Positions 28,243 through 40,800 of a stretch of 64,000 nucleotides of DNA are shown piece after piece. Each line of letters begins with the position of its first letter. The first letter of the stretch is position 1. The position numbers and the translations under genes are program-made. Source of the DNA: Candidatus Liberimonas magnetica (GTDB lineage: Bacteria; Elusimicrobiota; Endomicrobiia; Endomicrobiales; JAFGIL01); contig JAJAPY010000017.1 of assembly GCA_020523885.1 (NCBI GenBank), forward strand, positions 2,492 through 66,491, given 5' to 3'. The notes beneath the pieces were generated by a model. It was not told where the DNA came from, made no database searches, and saw nothing but the letters and a program-made list of their open reading frames with translations.

Positions 28243-28346
28243 GGATTACCAGGCTTGGGGTTAGTTTATAGAGCACAGCAGATTTTCTACTGAGAACTAA
28301 ATGAATCTGATCAGTTGAATTTAATTAGTAATTCTACTATTATTCT

Positions 28347-28637
28347 CTAGAAAAATTCGTTTTGTATTTCCAAGAACTGGATTTCTTCCAAAAACTTTAC
28401 GCCTACATAATAGCACTTTGTGCTTCTTTGGCACCAGACAACTTTGCCGGCTGTTTTTATCGGGTTATTCTTCTTGTAGATAGTGATGTAGAGGTTTTTC
28501 CCTTCACTTAAATGCTTCATCGATTTGAAGCACATTCCCCCGCTACTGATGTTGTCCAGAAGTCCTTTGTGAAGCTCGGCAATATCATCCCTGAATTCAA
28601 TCGGAACGTTAAGTTTGTAACGTTCGTAAGTTTTCAT
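28347..28637 (-). CDS. Single-domain PilZ protein
   Basis: KTYER...DNISSGGMCF...GKVVW...VGVKF; AAGGAG RBS before ATG at 28637. Confidence 0.85.
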   Translation of the reverse strand: MKTYERYKLNVPIEFRDDIAELHKGLLDNISSGGMCFKSMKHLSEGKNLYITIYKKNNPIKTAGKVVWCQRSTKCYYVGVKFLEEIQFLEIQNEFF

Positions 28638-28755
28638 GCTTGCTCCTTTAAACGTCATTTCTTTGAACTAATAAAATACGTTTATTTTGTGTTCTTATGT
28701 CCGCAATTTATCTAATAAAAAAATCCCGGCACTTCATCCTGTTTCCAATGCAGGT

Positions 28756-28784
28756 ATTTTAGCACCTATTTATCGATTTGTAAA
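28756..28784 (-). promoter_or_regulatory. Putative sigma70 promoter upstream of pilZ
   Basis: TTTACA-N17-TAAAAT with extended -10 TG. Confidence 0.5.
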
Positions 28785-28866
28785 GAGTTCCCGGGATTTT
28801 CGAGTCCGTAATAGCGGCCATATTTTGGAAGTATCGTGCGTTTTTGTCTGCTTTGTTTGGTCGGTT

Positions 28867-31800
28867 TTATGCGGCGCTTAATATCTGTTTAGTGCCGATT
28901 ACTATGCCTGTTTGTATCTCTTTTTTAAAAGGTATTTTTTGATCATTGTCTTTAGTATAGAACTGGAGCATTTCTCCTATTAATGTCCATGCCTCATCGT
29001 CAGTTAAAAAAGATGCCTCATTGCCAACTAAAAAAGATATACTTTTTAGGTTATCTTTTAAAGCTATTAAGTTAGGGTTATTCGGCATTTTTATAGAAGG
29101 ATTAATTCTGCTTTTTTCAATATTATTAATGATGGCTTTTATTTCATCAAGTTTTAAAGTGCCTGCAAGTGTATCAAAATCAGCGATTCTGGAGTTAACT
29201 ACGCCAAAGGAAACTCCTCCCATATAACCTATAATTGCAGCCCTTGCTTCACTTAGGTAAATCCTGATAATATTCGGGTCTTCTTCTGATTTAATCTTTT
29301 CTATAAGGCTTTTAATTTTATTATCTATAAGTACTTTTATTAGTTTCTTAATATTGTCTGCTGCATCTATCTGGCCATAGAGATTATTAATGGCAGTGCA
29401 TATTTCTTCTTTACTGACAACTTCATTTTTTGACATTCTTAAAAGAATAGTATCTATTGCTTCTATTTTTTCAAAAATAGGTTTGAGCCTAATAAATAAC
29501 TTTTCAGCGTCTTCTTTGGTTGTCATTTTATCTGCAATTTCCCAGGTTTCATTTCTTGCAACAGCCTGGCGCACATCTTCAGAAAGGATATTGCTCTTAG
29601 GTATCATTCCCCAGATCATGTTTAAGAGACCGATCTTAAATACTCCTGGCTGCGGTTTCTTATCTATGTATGATTCATCTATTATCAGCCTTCTGGCCTT
29701 CATAGATTCTTCACATAGGGGTTTTAACTGTTCAGGATTTTCAATAGTATCGCTTATATTTAAAGATATTGATGCACCGTTTTGAACAGCTGTTTTAACA
29801 GATGAACTTGCCTCATCGAGATTTTCATTTTCAGTGGTAATACTATATATTACTTCAAAGCCGTATTGTCTTCTGACTGCGGCAGCATCAACATTATTTT
29901 TTGTTAAAACCAGAATATTGCAATTTAACGGTATGAGGCCCTTATTTTTATTAGCGGTAATATTATTATTAAGAGTATCTAAGTCGGTTGTTTCAGAAGC
30001 GCTCAAATCTACATAAATATCAAAGTTTATCGGTAAAGATTGCTCAACAAGCCATTCCTTTTTAATATTGACTATCAATTGGATGCCCATTTCCTTGAGT
30101 TCTTTACTTGCAGTATTCAATTTCTCGATGACGCCTGCTTCATTAGGATTTTTTATATCAACTATTATACTGCTTATATTTGGATTATCCTTAGCATAGT
30201 TAACCAAACCTGATTCTCTTTGGGTTTTCAACGTAACCTGGGTAACTCCTATTACGCCCTTATTTGTTGAGTTCTTTGCCATCTGGTACAATCCGATATT
30301 TGCAAGTATATGCTGCTCATCGGTTTCTTTTTCAGCTAAAGTGAACGAACGCTTTACAACTTTTCTTAATTCAGGGTACATTTTGGCAGAAAGGCTTTCT
30401 ACCGGACCGGATAGTTCGCTTGGATATTCAATTGCCCAGGCCTGCATACCGAACTCTGAAACTGATATTAATCCTTTTTCATTTAACTGCTGGGTAAGGG
30501 TTAAGCCTATTCTTGCTTCAATGTCCGGGCCGGCTTTCTTAGAATCTTCTGGCATAATACTATAATGCAGAATACCGTCATAATAAGACAAATTAATAAG
30601 TATATAATTATTATCATCATAAATTTCTGTATTTGTACCTATACAAACAGGCAGTACAAAATTCTTTGCATCTTCTTTTACTTTGCCGGCTGTTATCGGC
30701 AAGGATTTTACGCCAGCTTCATTTCTTTTATCTATTAAATTCTTTATTTGATCCGGCGGCATAGCTGACGGGATTATCAGAAGGCTTACTTTTGAAACTA
30801 AATCCCTTGCAAGTTCTCTATTCCCTGCTTTTTCTGCCAATATTTTAAAACGGTCCTCAATAACTGAATTTCCTGTAATATCATCAACTAACTGCTTTAT
30901 CATATGTAAAGGCTGGACAATATTTTTGCATACATTTAAGATAAATGTAGCTGACATAGCAGTATTCGGCGCAGTAGTTTTATTTACAGTGCGTGAGTTC
31001 TCTGACCGTACAATATATTCTAAAATATCAAGAATTACTATAATACCTCTACCATCGACAAAATATCTTGCATAATCTTCTATTTTGGGAATTAGTGCAG
31101 TCTCAATGTTGGCAACTATGCTATCTGGCGCATGGGAAGCCAGTGTATCTAGTATTACAGATGAATCGGTTATTTCTTGGTCTTTTCCACTCAATTTTTG
31201 ATAAGAGGAACTTTGGGGATAAGGATTCTTAATTCCGAATGGGAAGCATTGAACATGCCACATTTCTGGTAAACTGTTTACTATCTTTGATAGTGAACGT
31301 TCTGTGCTCCGTTCTTCGCAAATAGTTATATTGTGCTCACAATCAATACGAATACCTTGCTGTTCAATAATTCTCTTTAAATAACCAAATAAAATATCTT
31401 TATCATAAACTCCCTCACTTTCGTTAGATACTGGCAAAATAATTATATTTTTAGGATTGATATTATATCTTGGCGCAAGAGATTTTACAGCTTCAGCTAA
31501 TGGTATAGAACCTCTACCAACAAATAATAATAGATCTCCACCAAATGTATTATAATTATTTAAAATATAGGTAGCATAGTCAACAATGTTTTCTACAGTA
31601 GGACCTAAGACACGTAACCGGTCTTCATAAGTATCTTGAGGCAATTTTTTATGTAATAATGCTAATAATGAAGCTATTTTCAAGATATAAGAACAAGTAT
31701 CTGGGTTTTTATCAATATAATCTAATAGCCCAGAATAGCCATATTTATCTAGGATTCTAATAATTTCTGCTTTTTCTATTGAAGAAATTAGAGAACCGGG

Positions 31801-34800
31801 GGATGTAGTTGCCTCAGGTCCTAGTGCACGGGCTGCGTTGATACTAATGTCTTTGAGTGTTTTTATAAATTGTGCGCCGGGATATACCCTGCGAACGAAC
31901 TCTGTTATTTTAGCTGCTGTTGTTTGCGGCAAGGGAGTGGAAAGGATATACTCTCTTGAGCGCTGATGGATTTCCTTGTCTTTCGTGTAGGGGCTTCCGT
32001 CCGGCGCTTGTTCCAGCATCCTGTGCCAGGATTCCTGACGGGATAATGTGCCAGAAATATAACTATTTAACACTTCATATTCCGCACTGCCTTGTATGTT
32101 TATGGCTGAAAACTCATGGAGCTCAGTATCTATGACGTCAGCCCACTCGTCTTTACTGTAAATATCATAAAACACTTTAGACACCAGGAGTTTTAGCCTG
32201 GTTCCGTCTTGAGCTATACCGCAGTGACCATAGACAGCTTTACCATCTTTGGTTTTACCTATCTCTATTAATCCCATCTCATTGGGCCTATGCCTCTCAA
32301 CTTCTATAGTCAGACCAGCCAATGAGGGATAGACGGCCAGCTTTTTTTGTGCTAATTCTTCAAACCTTAAGTCTATATCTTTTTTATCAACAACCGGTGT
32401 AGCACCTGCCAAAATTGCCTTCTTTACCTCGGAAGCTATGGCATCAGTTGAATCCTTTAAGGAACCGAGCGTTGTTGATGCCTGCAAGTTTTCGAGCACC
32501 GCATCCACCGCACCGTCCCAATAGCCTACGGCTGCCTGTGAGGCTGAGGCCGTTTGGCCGCTTGTTTCAAGTGAATCCTTAAGGAGTTGAAGTAATGCAC
32601 TGACGCGTTCTGGCTCAGACATGCCTTTGGTGTCTTGGATAAGCTGTTCACCTTTAATCTTAAGCGCACGAACTTCAGCGGTTGATAAACTGGTTGTTTT
32701 CGCATCCAGCATTTCCTTCCATAGGGTGACAAAAGCATTGGTAAAGGAATACTTTTTTGGTTTATTTACTATGGTACCGTCCCAATCTGAGACATATAAT
32801 GTAATACGTTTTTCAGGCCTGTTGCCGCATACAATAACACCATCAGGTTCAGAATGCTTTTTGTCGTCATCATTTATCCTCATCCACCACAGGAGGTAGC
32901 CACGTACATCCGGATTGTAGTTTGGAATGACTATATCTGCACCAGCTTTGATAAGCTCTTGTTTCCGTTCCTCGCTGTTATAAACACCTATACAGAAGAC
33001 TCCGGCCCGTTTTCCTGCCTTTATATCATCAGGGCTGTCCCCTATCATAACCGCAGTGTCAGCTTTTCTGACGCTGTCTTTCAAAGCCTGTTTTATAGCT
33101 TCTGTTTTATTGAGATAGGGATAATCATTTCTGCTTCCCTGTCCTGCACAATACATTTTTCTTATGGGCAGGCTGTGTCCGGCACTGGCAATCCACAGCA
33201 GAGCTTTAGTCATAATGTCTTTCCATGTGGCTGTAGCAACTGCCAGGTATACATCCTTGCCTTTAAGTTCATTGAAGAATTCTTCTGTACCTGTTACAAA
33301 ACCTTCCTGATCAATATTTTCAAGAAACTCCTGATAGATCGGTTCATATATCTGTTTAAATCTATTGAACCACAGGTCCTTTCTTATTACTTCATCAATT
33401 GATTCTTTTATTGTTATTCCAGGTTTTTTATCGAGGCAGGCTATTATGTCAGATTCCAATTGATTGTTTGAAGACCCAAATGAAATCGAAATACACTCTC
33501 TTTTTATGCTGTTTATCAATTCATCAGCCTCTGCTTCTATTTCTGAATCTGACAATTGCTCAACATGTTTACTATATCTATAATCTGCAACATCAATAAC
33601 CATGGGTAAACCATTATTTGTTACTAAAATATTTTGGTGTATATCTTTCGGATAGAACCCAGCTTTTAAAATGTCTTTGATTATATTTCTCAATTCAACG
33701 AAAAATTTACCATTTAATTTTTCGGCTATAGATCTATGCATAATATTGTCGCCTTTTATATATTGTAAAAGCAAGGCTTTATCTCCAAGTCTGTCAAAAC
33801 TTTGCAGGTCTAGTTGGACAATTCCATTAACCGTGGTCAAATTTTCCAAAATTTCTCTTGTGTTTTTTACTATAACGTAACCTCTAGTTAATGGAATTAA
33901 TAAAACTTTAAGCTTTAATGAGTCATTTTTATCTTTTACCAGAATACCAGCGAAATCTTGCCCTATCCCAAGCAATTTGACAAATTCGAGAGCATTAGAA
34001 CTGTCATATTTATCTAACTGCAAATAATCTTCATCTTTAACTTGTTTGTTAATAGAATTCATGTTATGAATTATCATCGAAATATCAAGGCCGAATTTTC
34101 CAAGATGTTCCATGCAAATATTACGGACTTCTTCACTTAAAATTGTTTTATCAAAACCATTATTGTCTAAATAAGTTACCAATTCTTTATAAAGTTCAGA
34201 AAACATATCCTTTAAAGATTCTTTAGGCCACGACATAAATTCTTCTAGATCTAAAAGGTTGTATAACATCCTTTGTATAATTATGCGGTATCGGATTTTA
34301 TATATTGTATCAGCTTGGTCAATCATAGTAATTTCTTTATTAGGTTCAGTATTCTGCGTAACTGTTTTTGTATCTTCAAGCGGTTCTGTTTTTTGAGTTT
34401 CAGCAAAAGAAGGAGACTCATTCGTGCCATTTTGTATAAATTCATATACTTTATGTAACGATGTTGTTAGAAGTTTTAACTCAGCATATAATTGTTCCAA
34501 ATCCATTGCTGTATCCTTGCCGTTTAAAATATTTTCGATATGTGTAATAACCTGGCAGAGGAGTACAAAATTAATTTGTTCCATATAGATTTTGCGTTCT
34601 TCTCCCTTGAGCCCATATGCAGTATTTTCTTCAAGTGATCTGAGAGAAAGGCACTCTGTCATACCTATCATTAAACCATTCAATTCATTTTTTAAGGCTA
34701 TAAGGTCATCGGGCATTTTATTAAAATCATTCCCTAATCTTAACTTGATCAGATCATAAGGTTCGCCTTTAGCAAGGCTTGAGGATACTATTCGGAGGGT

Positions 34801-37800
34801 ATCTTCTATTTTGCGGGATTTGTCTATCGCAGTTAAAATATTATTATGGGCAAAATATGACTTGTTATAGCTGTCAACAATTGAAAAAATAAAATCCAGG
34901 ATTCTTGTTTTATGAAGCAAATAATATACTCTTGTGGAAATATCTGTCTGCATAAGGTTAAATAGCAGTTTCTTAAACGGCGGTGCCCTATTATCTACAG
35001 AAGCGAACAAAAGGTTTTTATAATCTGACTTTACTAATGTAGTCTTAATATATTCCTGGATAGATCTGGTTAGGACCGGGCCAAATACACTGGATGCATA
35101 CGTATTTCCTTCTCTTTTTATGTTGTTTAATTCCCTGAGGCTTAATTGAGGCTTAAGTTTCATAACCTCAAGCTGTTTGGCTATATTGGCTAATAAAGCA
35201 ACAACCCTTAAATTACTGTCTTTTTCTTCTCCTGCTTTGCCTATAATAGACTGTTCCCAGAAATCATGTTCTATATAGATAACAGGCTTTCCGCTTTCAT
35301 TTAACTGAGGGTCTACAAATACGAAATTAGGTACATTAAATGGGTCCATTAAATACGATTTTACCTGTTCATCCGGGTCAAAGAACATAATTTCACATTC
35401 GCCCAAATAGTTATCGATAAGGTTTGTTGCTTCATTGAAAGTCTTGCCCTTTTTTTGTTCGGAAATGTCGTTTGAATCGGTTAGGGCTTGCCCGAAGTCT
35501 TTAATTTCTGTTTTTGCTTTTAAGATTAGGTCTCCCTCTTCCGTGCTTAGGGGATATTCATCCGCTATGTGGTAATCGATGATATCCCTTGCGGACATTT
35601 CTGCATTATGAATATGATGGAGTTTGTTTTTTATATTTATTAATACCATTAATATTATTTTATTGGAAATTAAAATATAATGGTCAGGGTCTTTTACAAT
35701 AGAAGGCTTTAAAAATAGGTTTGCAGGGCATTTCAATGTTCCTGAAAGGCTAAGTTCAGTAGAACCTTTTAATGCTTTCAAGCCGTCCGGATAATCATTG
35801 AATTTAATTTCTTTTACTCCTGCCTTTCTTGCTTCAATAATAAATTCCCTTAAACGGTAAAAATCATAGTAAGAAAATAGTTTTTTAAGGTCGTCGTCGT
35901 TCAGGCTCAACTGCTCTTTGAATTGTTCTTGCAGCCAGATGGAAAGGTTGTTAGCATTTAGATTGTAGGTGTCATAGATATCAAGAGAGACATTATTTAT
36001 TGACACAGGAATGTTCCTGGGTGTAGCGCTTAATATTTTTTCAGAATTGATCCTAAGGGATATGTGCGACAGTAATGAATATGTGAATTTTATTAAAAGC
36101 CCCGTAAATATCAGAACGAAAACAGTTGATGCAATAAATAAAATAACATTATGCAAAATAAGAATGAGGTATACCCCCAAAGCCGCACTTATACCTGCAA
36201 GGCCTGACATAAAGATCAAATGTTTAAGATCCGAATTTATTTCGTCTTTCCAGAAATCAACTGAAAAGACTTTTTCTTTCAGAAAAGGTATTTTTTGATT
36301 TTTATATATAAAATGTTCTCTTTTTTTCTCGTTTGTTTCCTTGGTGTACTCGAACTGAAATTCGTTTATAATTCCTACAATTCCTTTACCATCAATGAGC
36401 ATGTGCATGATTTCATACCCAGTAGTTTGCTTTCTTGTCTTTCTATCTAAGAAAAATTCATCTCCCACATCTCCGGCATACGGGTATGGACTTTTACTCG
36501 TGTTTGATATATCAGCCTGGCATGCTATAAGCATCCTGATATTAACATCAGGATATCTGTCTTTCCATTCCTTTATTTTCTTTGCTACTAATTCCATCCC
36601 ATCAGGCACATCGTAAATACTAAGAATTGTTATTGATTTCGGCTTGATTGGCACTCTTTGTCCTTCAGGTATAGTCGTCAGTAATTCTTCGACAGTTTCT
36701 ATGATTGTTTTCCCGGTTACAAGCAGGGTATCGGCAAGTATTATGTTGCTTCCTTCTATCTGTAGTTTGTCCGGTTCTTTTTTCCAGTCGATTCCATAAT
36801 CCAAAATGAGGCCAGCATCGCTTCTTCTTGTTGTTACATCACATACCTTGGCATCCGGGTAAGTATCATGGATAGCCTGCTCCAATACAGCACCGCCTCT
36901 TAAAATAGGCATAATAATGACTCTTTCATCCTTATTCAGGTTTAAAAATTTTAATGTCTCTTTTGTTAATCTTGATATTATATTGAACCTGGTTGTTAAA
37001 GAGCCTTCCCTAAGATCAATAAATTGTCTTATCAAGACACTTATTTTTTTTATTCCTTCAGTCCTGTATTTTGCCTCAGGCATATCCTCTTCAGTAAGGG
37101 CAGTTGAAAGCACAATGGCTTTATCTTTGAGGGTTTTTATGGCATCATCCTTGGATTCCAGTTGTTTAGCCAGATTATTTATAACTTCTAGCATAGAAGT
37201 ACGAAGATTAGACGAGGTTGTTATTTCGGTTTCAAGCGATTTGCCGGTAAACACGCCTTTGTTAGATATAATGCTTTTTACTGAAAGCGCCAGGGTTTTA
37301 TCATTAGGCAGATATTTAAGGTATTCTTTCAGTTCATCCGATGTTAAATATTTAATGCCATTATCCGTGGCCTCATAAGCTACAACATTTCCCTGACCCT
37401 TTATGCCAAGGCCTCTTGTAATATATAATTTATGCCCATGTATCACTAATTCTATGGAGTTTATGCTTACGGTTTTTCCTTCGATCTTTAACAAGCTGAT
37501 ACCTATAAGATTGTTAACTACATAATTCAATATGGCTCCTATGTTAGCTATCCTGTCTTTATTACAATTTTTGGGAATATCCATTGAATTAGTACATATT
37601 ATATCGGAGTGCTCTTTGCTCATGTCTTCAGAAAATTTGTTGTGGACAATTCCACGGAATATCATTTCTTTCTTAAAATGCAACTTGCTTAAAATCTCTT
37701 TTGCAGTATCTAATGTGGCGCCGGTATTGGTTTCATCATCAATTATGAAAACAGTTGAATTGTTAACAGGGATACCGTTAATTTCTAAAATAACACCCAC

Positions 37801-40800
37801 ATAGTTGGCGAAACTATTTGATTTTAGGATGTCTATGAACAACCAGCCAAATAAAAGGTATAATAACCTTTTATGGCCTACAGGCAATTTCCTAAAAATA
37901 TTTTCATTAATACTAACTTTCGCAGTAATGTTTTTATTTTTATAGACTAAACCGCTTTCTATTTGAATTGGAATATCCAACCCGTATCTGGTAGCAATGC
38001 TGTCTTTAAGTCCTATAACTGCCTCGGCTATGTAATTCGGTGACCGGACATCAGGTGACAACAGAAGCAACGGATGAGATTTTAAATACAGCAAAATCTT
38101 AACTTTCTGCTCAGGGGTCAGGGTCAGGCCATTGCCGTCTTTGAGAGATTTTTTATCTTTATCGGACAATAATTCTGGAATTGAATCCAGCAGTATTTCA
38201 AACTGTTTTTCAGCAACTTGTACAAATGCGTTTAAATTATATAAGACATGCCCCATAAAACTAGTTCGGCCGCTTTCATCGCCAAAATGTGCATTAAAAA
38301 CAGCATGGTTATCAACAAAGGCATCTATCATTTTCAGCATTGTGTCTGCAGCTATACCGCTATAGCCATATTCATTAACAAATATTTTATCCTGTTTTAA
38401 ATAGCTTTCATACTCATCAATTAAGCTTATGCTGGCTACACCGGCGTCGCGCAATGCAGCTAAAATAAGCCATAATTCCAATATGTCTTTATTATTTTCA
38501 GTAGAATGGATTAAAACTACATTTTTCCCTGCTATAGCCTGCGGTACATTAACTACCCAATTAAGAGGGTTCTCATCTTCCTTGTTTTCTATAATTATTC
38601 TTTTGCTGCCTTCTACTTTTAGATTTTTCGCTGCCATATCAGCATCATCTTTTAATCTGCCATGTTCATATAAAACATCTTGTATCCAAACAGATGATTT
38701 TCTGCTAGAGTCATTCAAGGGTATAATAGGTTTTTCGATCCGGTATGGTTTTTCATAATTAGCCGAGCTTAGATAAATCTCATCGCAATGAAGGGCTAAA
38801 AGAGAGTCTATACTATTGCTGAATTTGTTGACATTTATTAATTTTAATTTGACTATCAAATGCGTGTTTCCGAAATTACTTGCTAACAGTTTTAACATAT
38901 CTGCTGCAGCTATTATTTTTACAACATCGTCATAGTTATAAATGTTGGTTTCAATTGTCACATATTCTGCGGTTTTTAAATATTCCGGATCTTTTATCCT
39001 TAAGTCTATCTCCTGGCCAAGCTCCGTTCCTTCTTTAAGTTCTTTTCCGGGAAAACGGCTTACATTAAATCTTAATAAGGCCCCTTTGTTTGTTCGTACG
39101 GTTAAATCAGATGTTGATTCAATTATAGGAGGAGCTTTTAAATATAAAAGAGCGGTATTATTATGCAGCGCATGGGAGATTATATTGCTTAACCAAATAG
39201 AGAATATTGATTTGTTTAAAGAAGAATTAACGGCATCATATATACTTTTAACTCCAGAAACGAGGATATCCCGATTACTGTCATAACTGCGGTGTTTTTT
39301 TAAGAATTTATCCAGTTTTTCATTCTTTTCAATATCTTCCCACTTCAGGAGTTTGTTAACTGAAGCATACGTCAAACTTTCCATACCAATACCGGTAAAA
39401 ATACCCATTAATTCTTTAGCTTCAATAATGGGTGCAAATATTACTGCCGCCACCCATAAAGCAGCTGAAACCCTGAAAGTGTCTAGGAATATGGCAAGAT
39501 CAGTGTCTAGGTTCCTAAAAAAGAAACCTAATATTGGAATTGACCTTATTTTTAGCGTTGTTATTGATGACACGAGAGGGTTAGAATTTCCTTTTTTTGT
39601 TTCATCAATTGCTTCTTGTATTGTTAGCTCTGGTTTATTATCAAGCATAGTTTCAATATTTTTAACCCGTTTGGCCCTAAAATCATCTAACGGCCATACC
39701 GGGATTATTTTCAGGGCATCTGTAATTATATCTCTTCTTATTTGATTGATTACGAAGGAAGAGGCAGATTTTATTTCCGAATCTGTCACTGGCTGAACTA
39801 AAGGATCAAAATCTGCAACATTTATAATAAAGGGTAAACCATCATTCCCCAATAGTATACTGTTATATATGTCGACCGGGTAAAATCCGCACTTAAGTGC
39901 AGCTTCGACAATATTTGTTAGCTCAATAAAAGATTTATTTGTTAAAGAGTTATAAACATCTTCGCTCAAAATGTTTTTCCCTTCGAAATATTCCAATAAT
40001 AAGGCTTGATCCTCAAATCTATCAAGACTTTGCGGGTCCTCTTGTGAAACTCTTTTAACTGGAGCCAATTTCTGTAATATAATCCTTAGTCCTTTAACGG
40101 CCTCTTTGCTTCCATTTAATGGGATTAATAAGACTTTTAATTTGGAAGAATCGTTTTTATCCTTAACTAATATCCTGGCAAAACTTCCTCCGACCCCCAG
40201 CAAGTTAACAAATTCCAGCGCATTGTCCTTGTCATATTTTTCAAATGGCAGAAAATTAGGATTATTGGCCCTATCAGGTATACCTTTTGTAATACTTTCA
40301 ATAAAAGGATCATTGAAGAAGTCATATTGTCTAAGATGTTTTTTAAACAGGATAGAAATCCCGCCTCTTACAGCCGGGTCCTTTAGGTCAACAGTGTCTA
40401 AATAATCTGTCAATTCTTTGTAAAGTTCAGAAAACGTCCTGTTTACCAGGTACTTGGGCCAGGGAAGGTCTTCATTCCTAAGGCTATTTAATACCCCTTT
40501 TATAATTATATGGTATCGTATTTTACTAATTAAAACGGCTTGGTCCACAATTTCTGCGGCAGTACCGGGTAATAGTATAGGAGCAACTTCAACAGGCCCT
40601 TTACCCAAATTATCTTTTCTTTTCTTTTTAGTTTGCGAAAGAATACCGGGTTCTGGATTTACTGCAGATAGAATGCCTTCATCGAAAAGTTTCTCTTTAG
40701 ATTCTTCAATAAGTTGTTCGGGAGAAGAAGCGGTATGTTCCTTTTTTTGTTTAGCCAATGGATTGGGCATGTTTTTCAATACCGGTATTTTTGTCTTAAC

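Noticed and set aside
28690-28760. c-di-GMP-II riboswitch upstream of pilZ (GGAAAC..GATGAA)
   Set aside because: Only a short 5' resemblance; the GGGCAC...GTGCAACC core is absent
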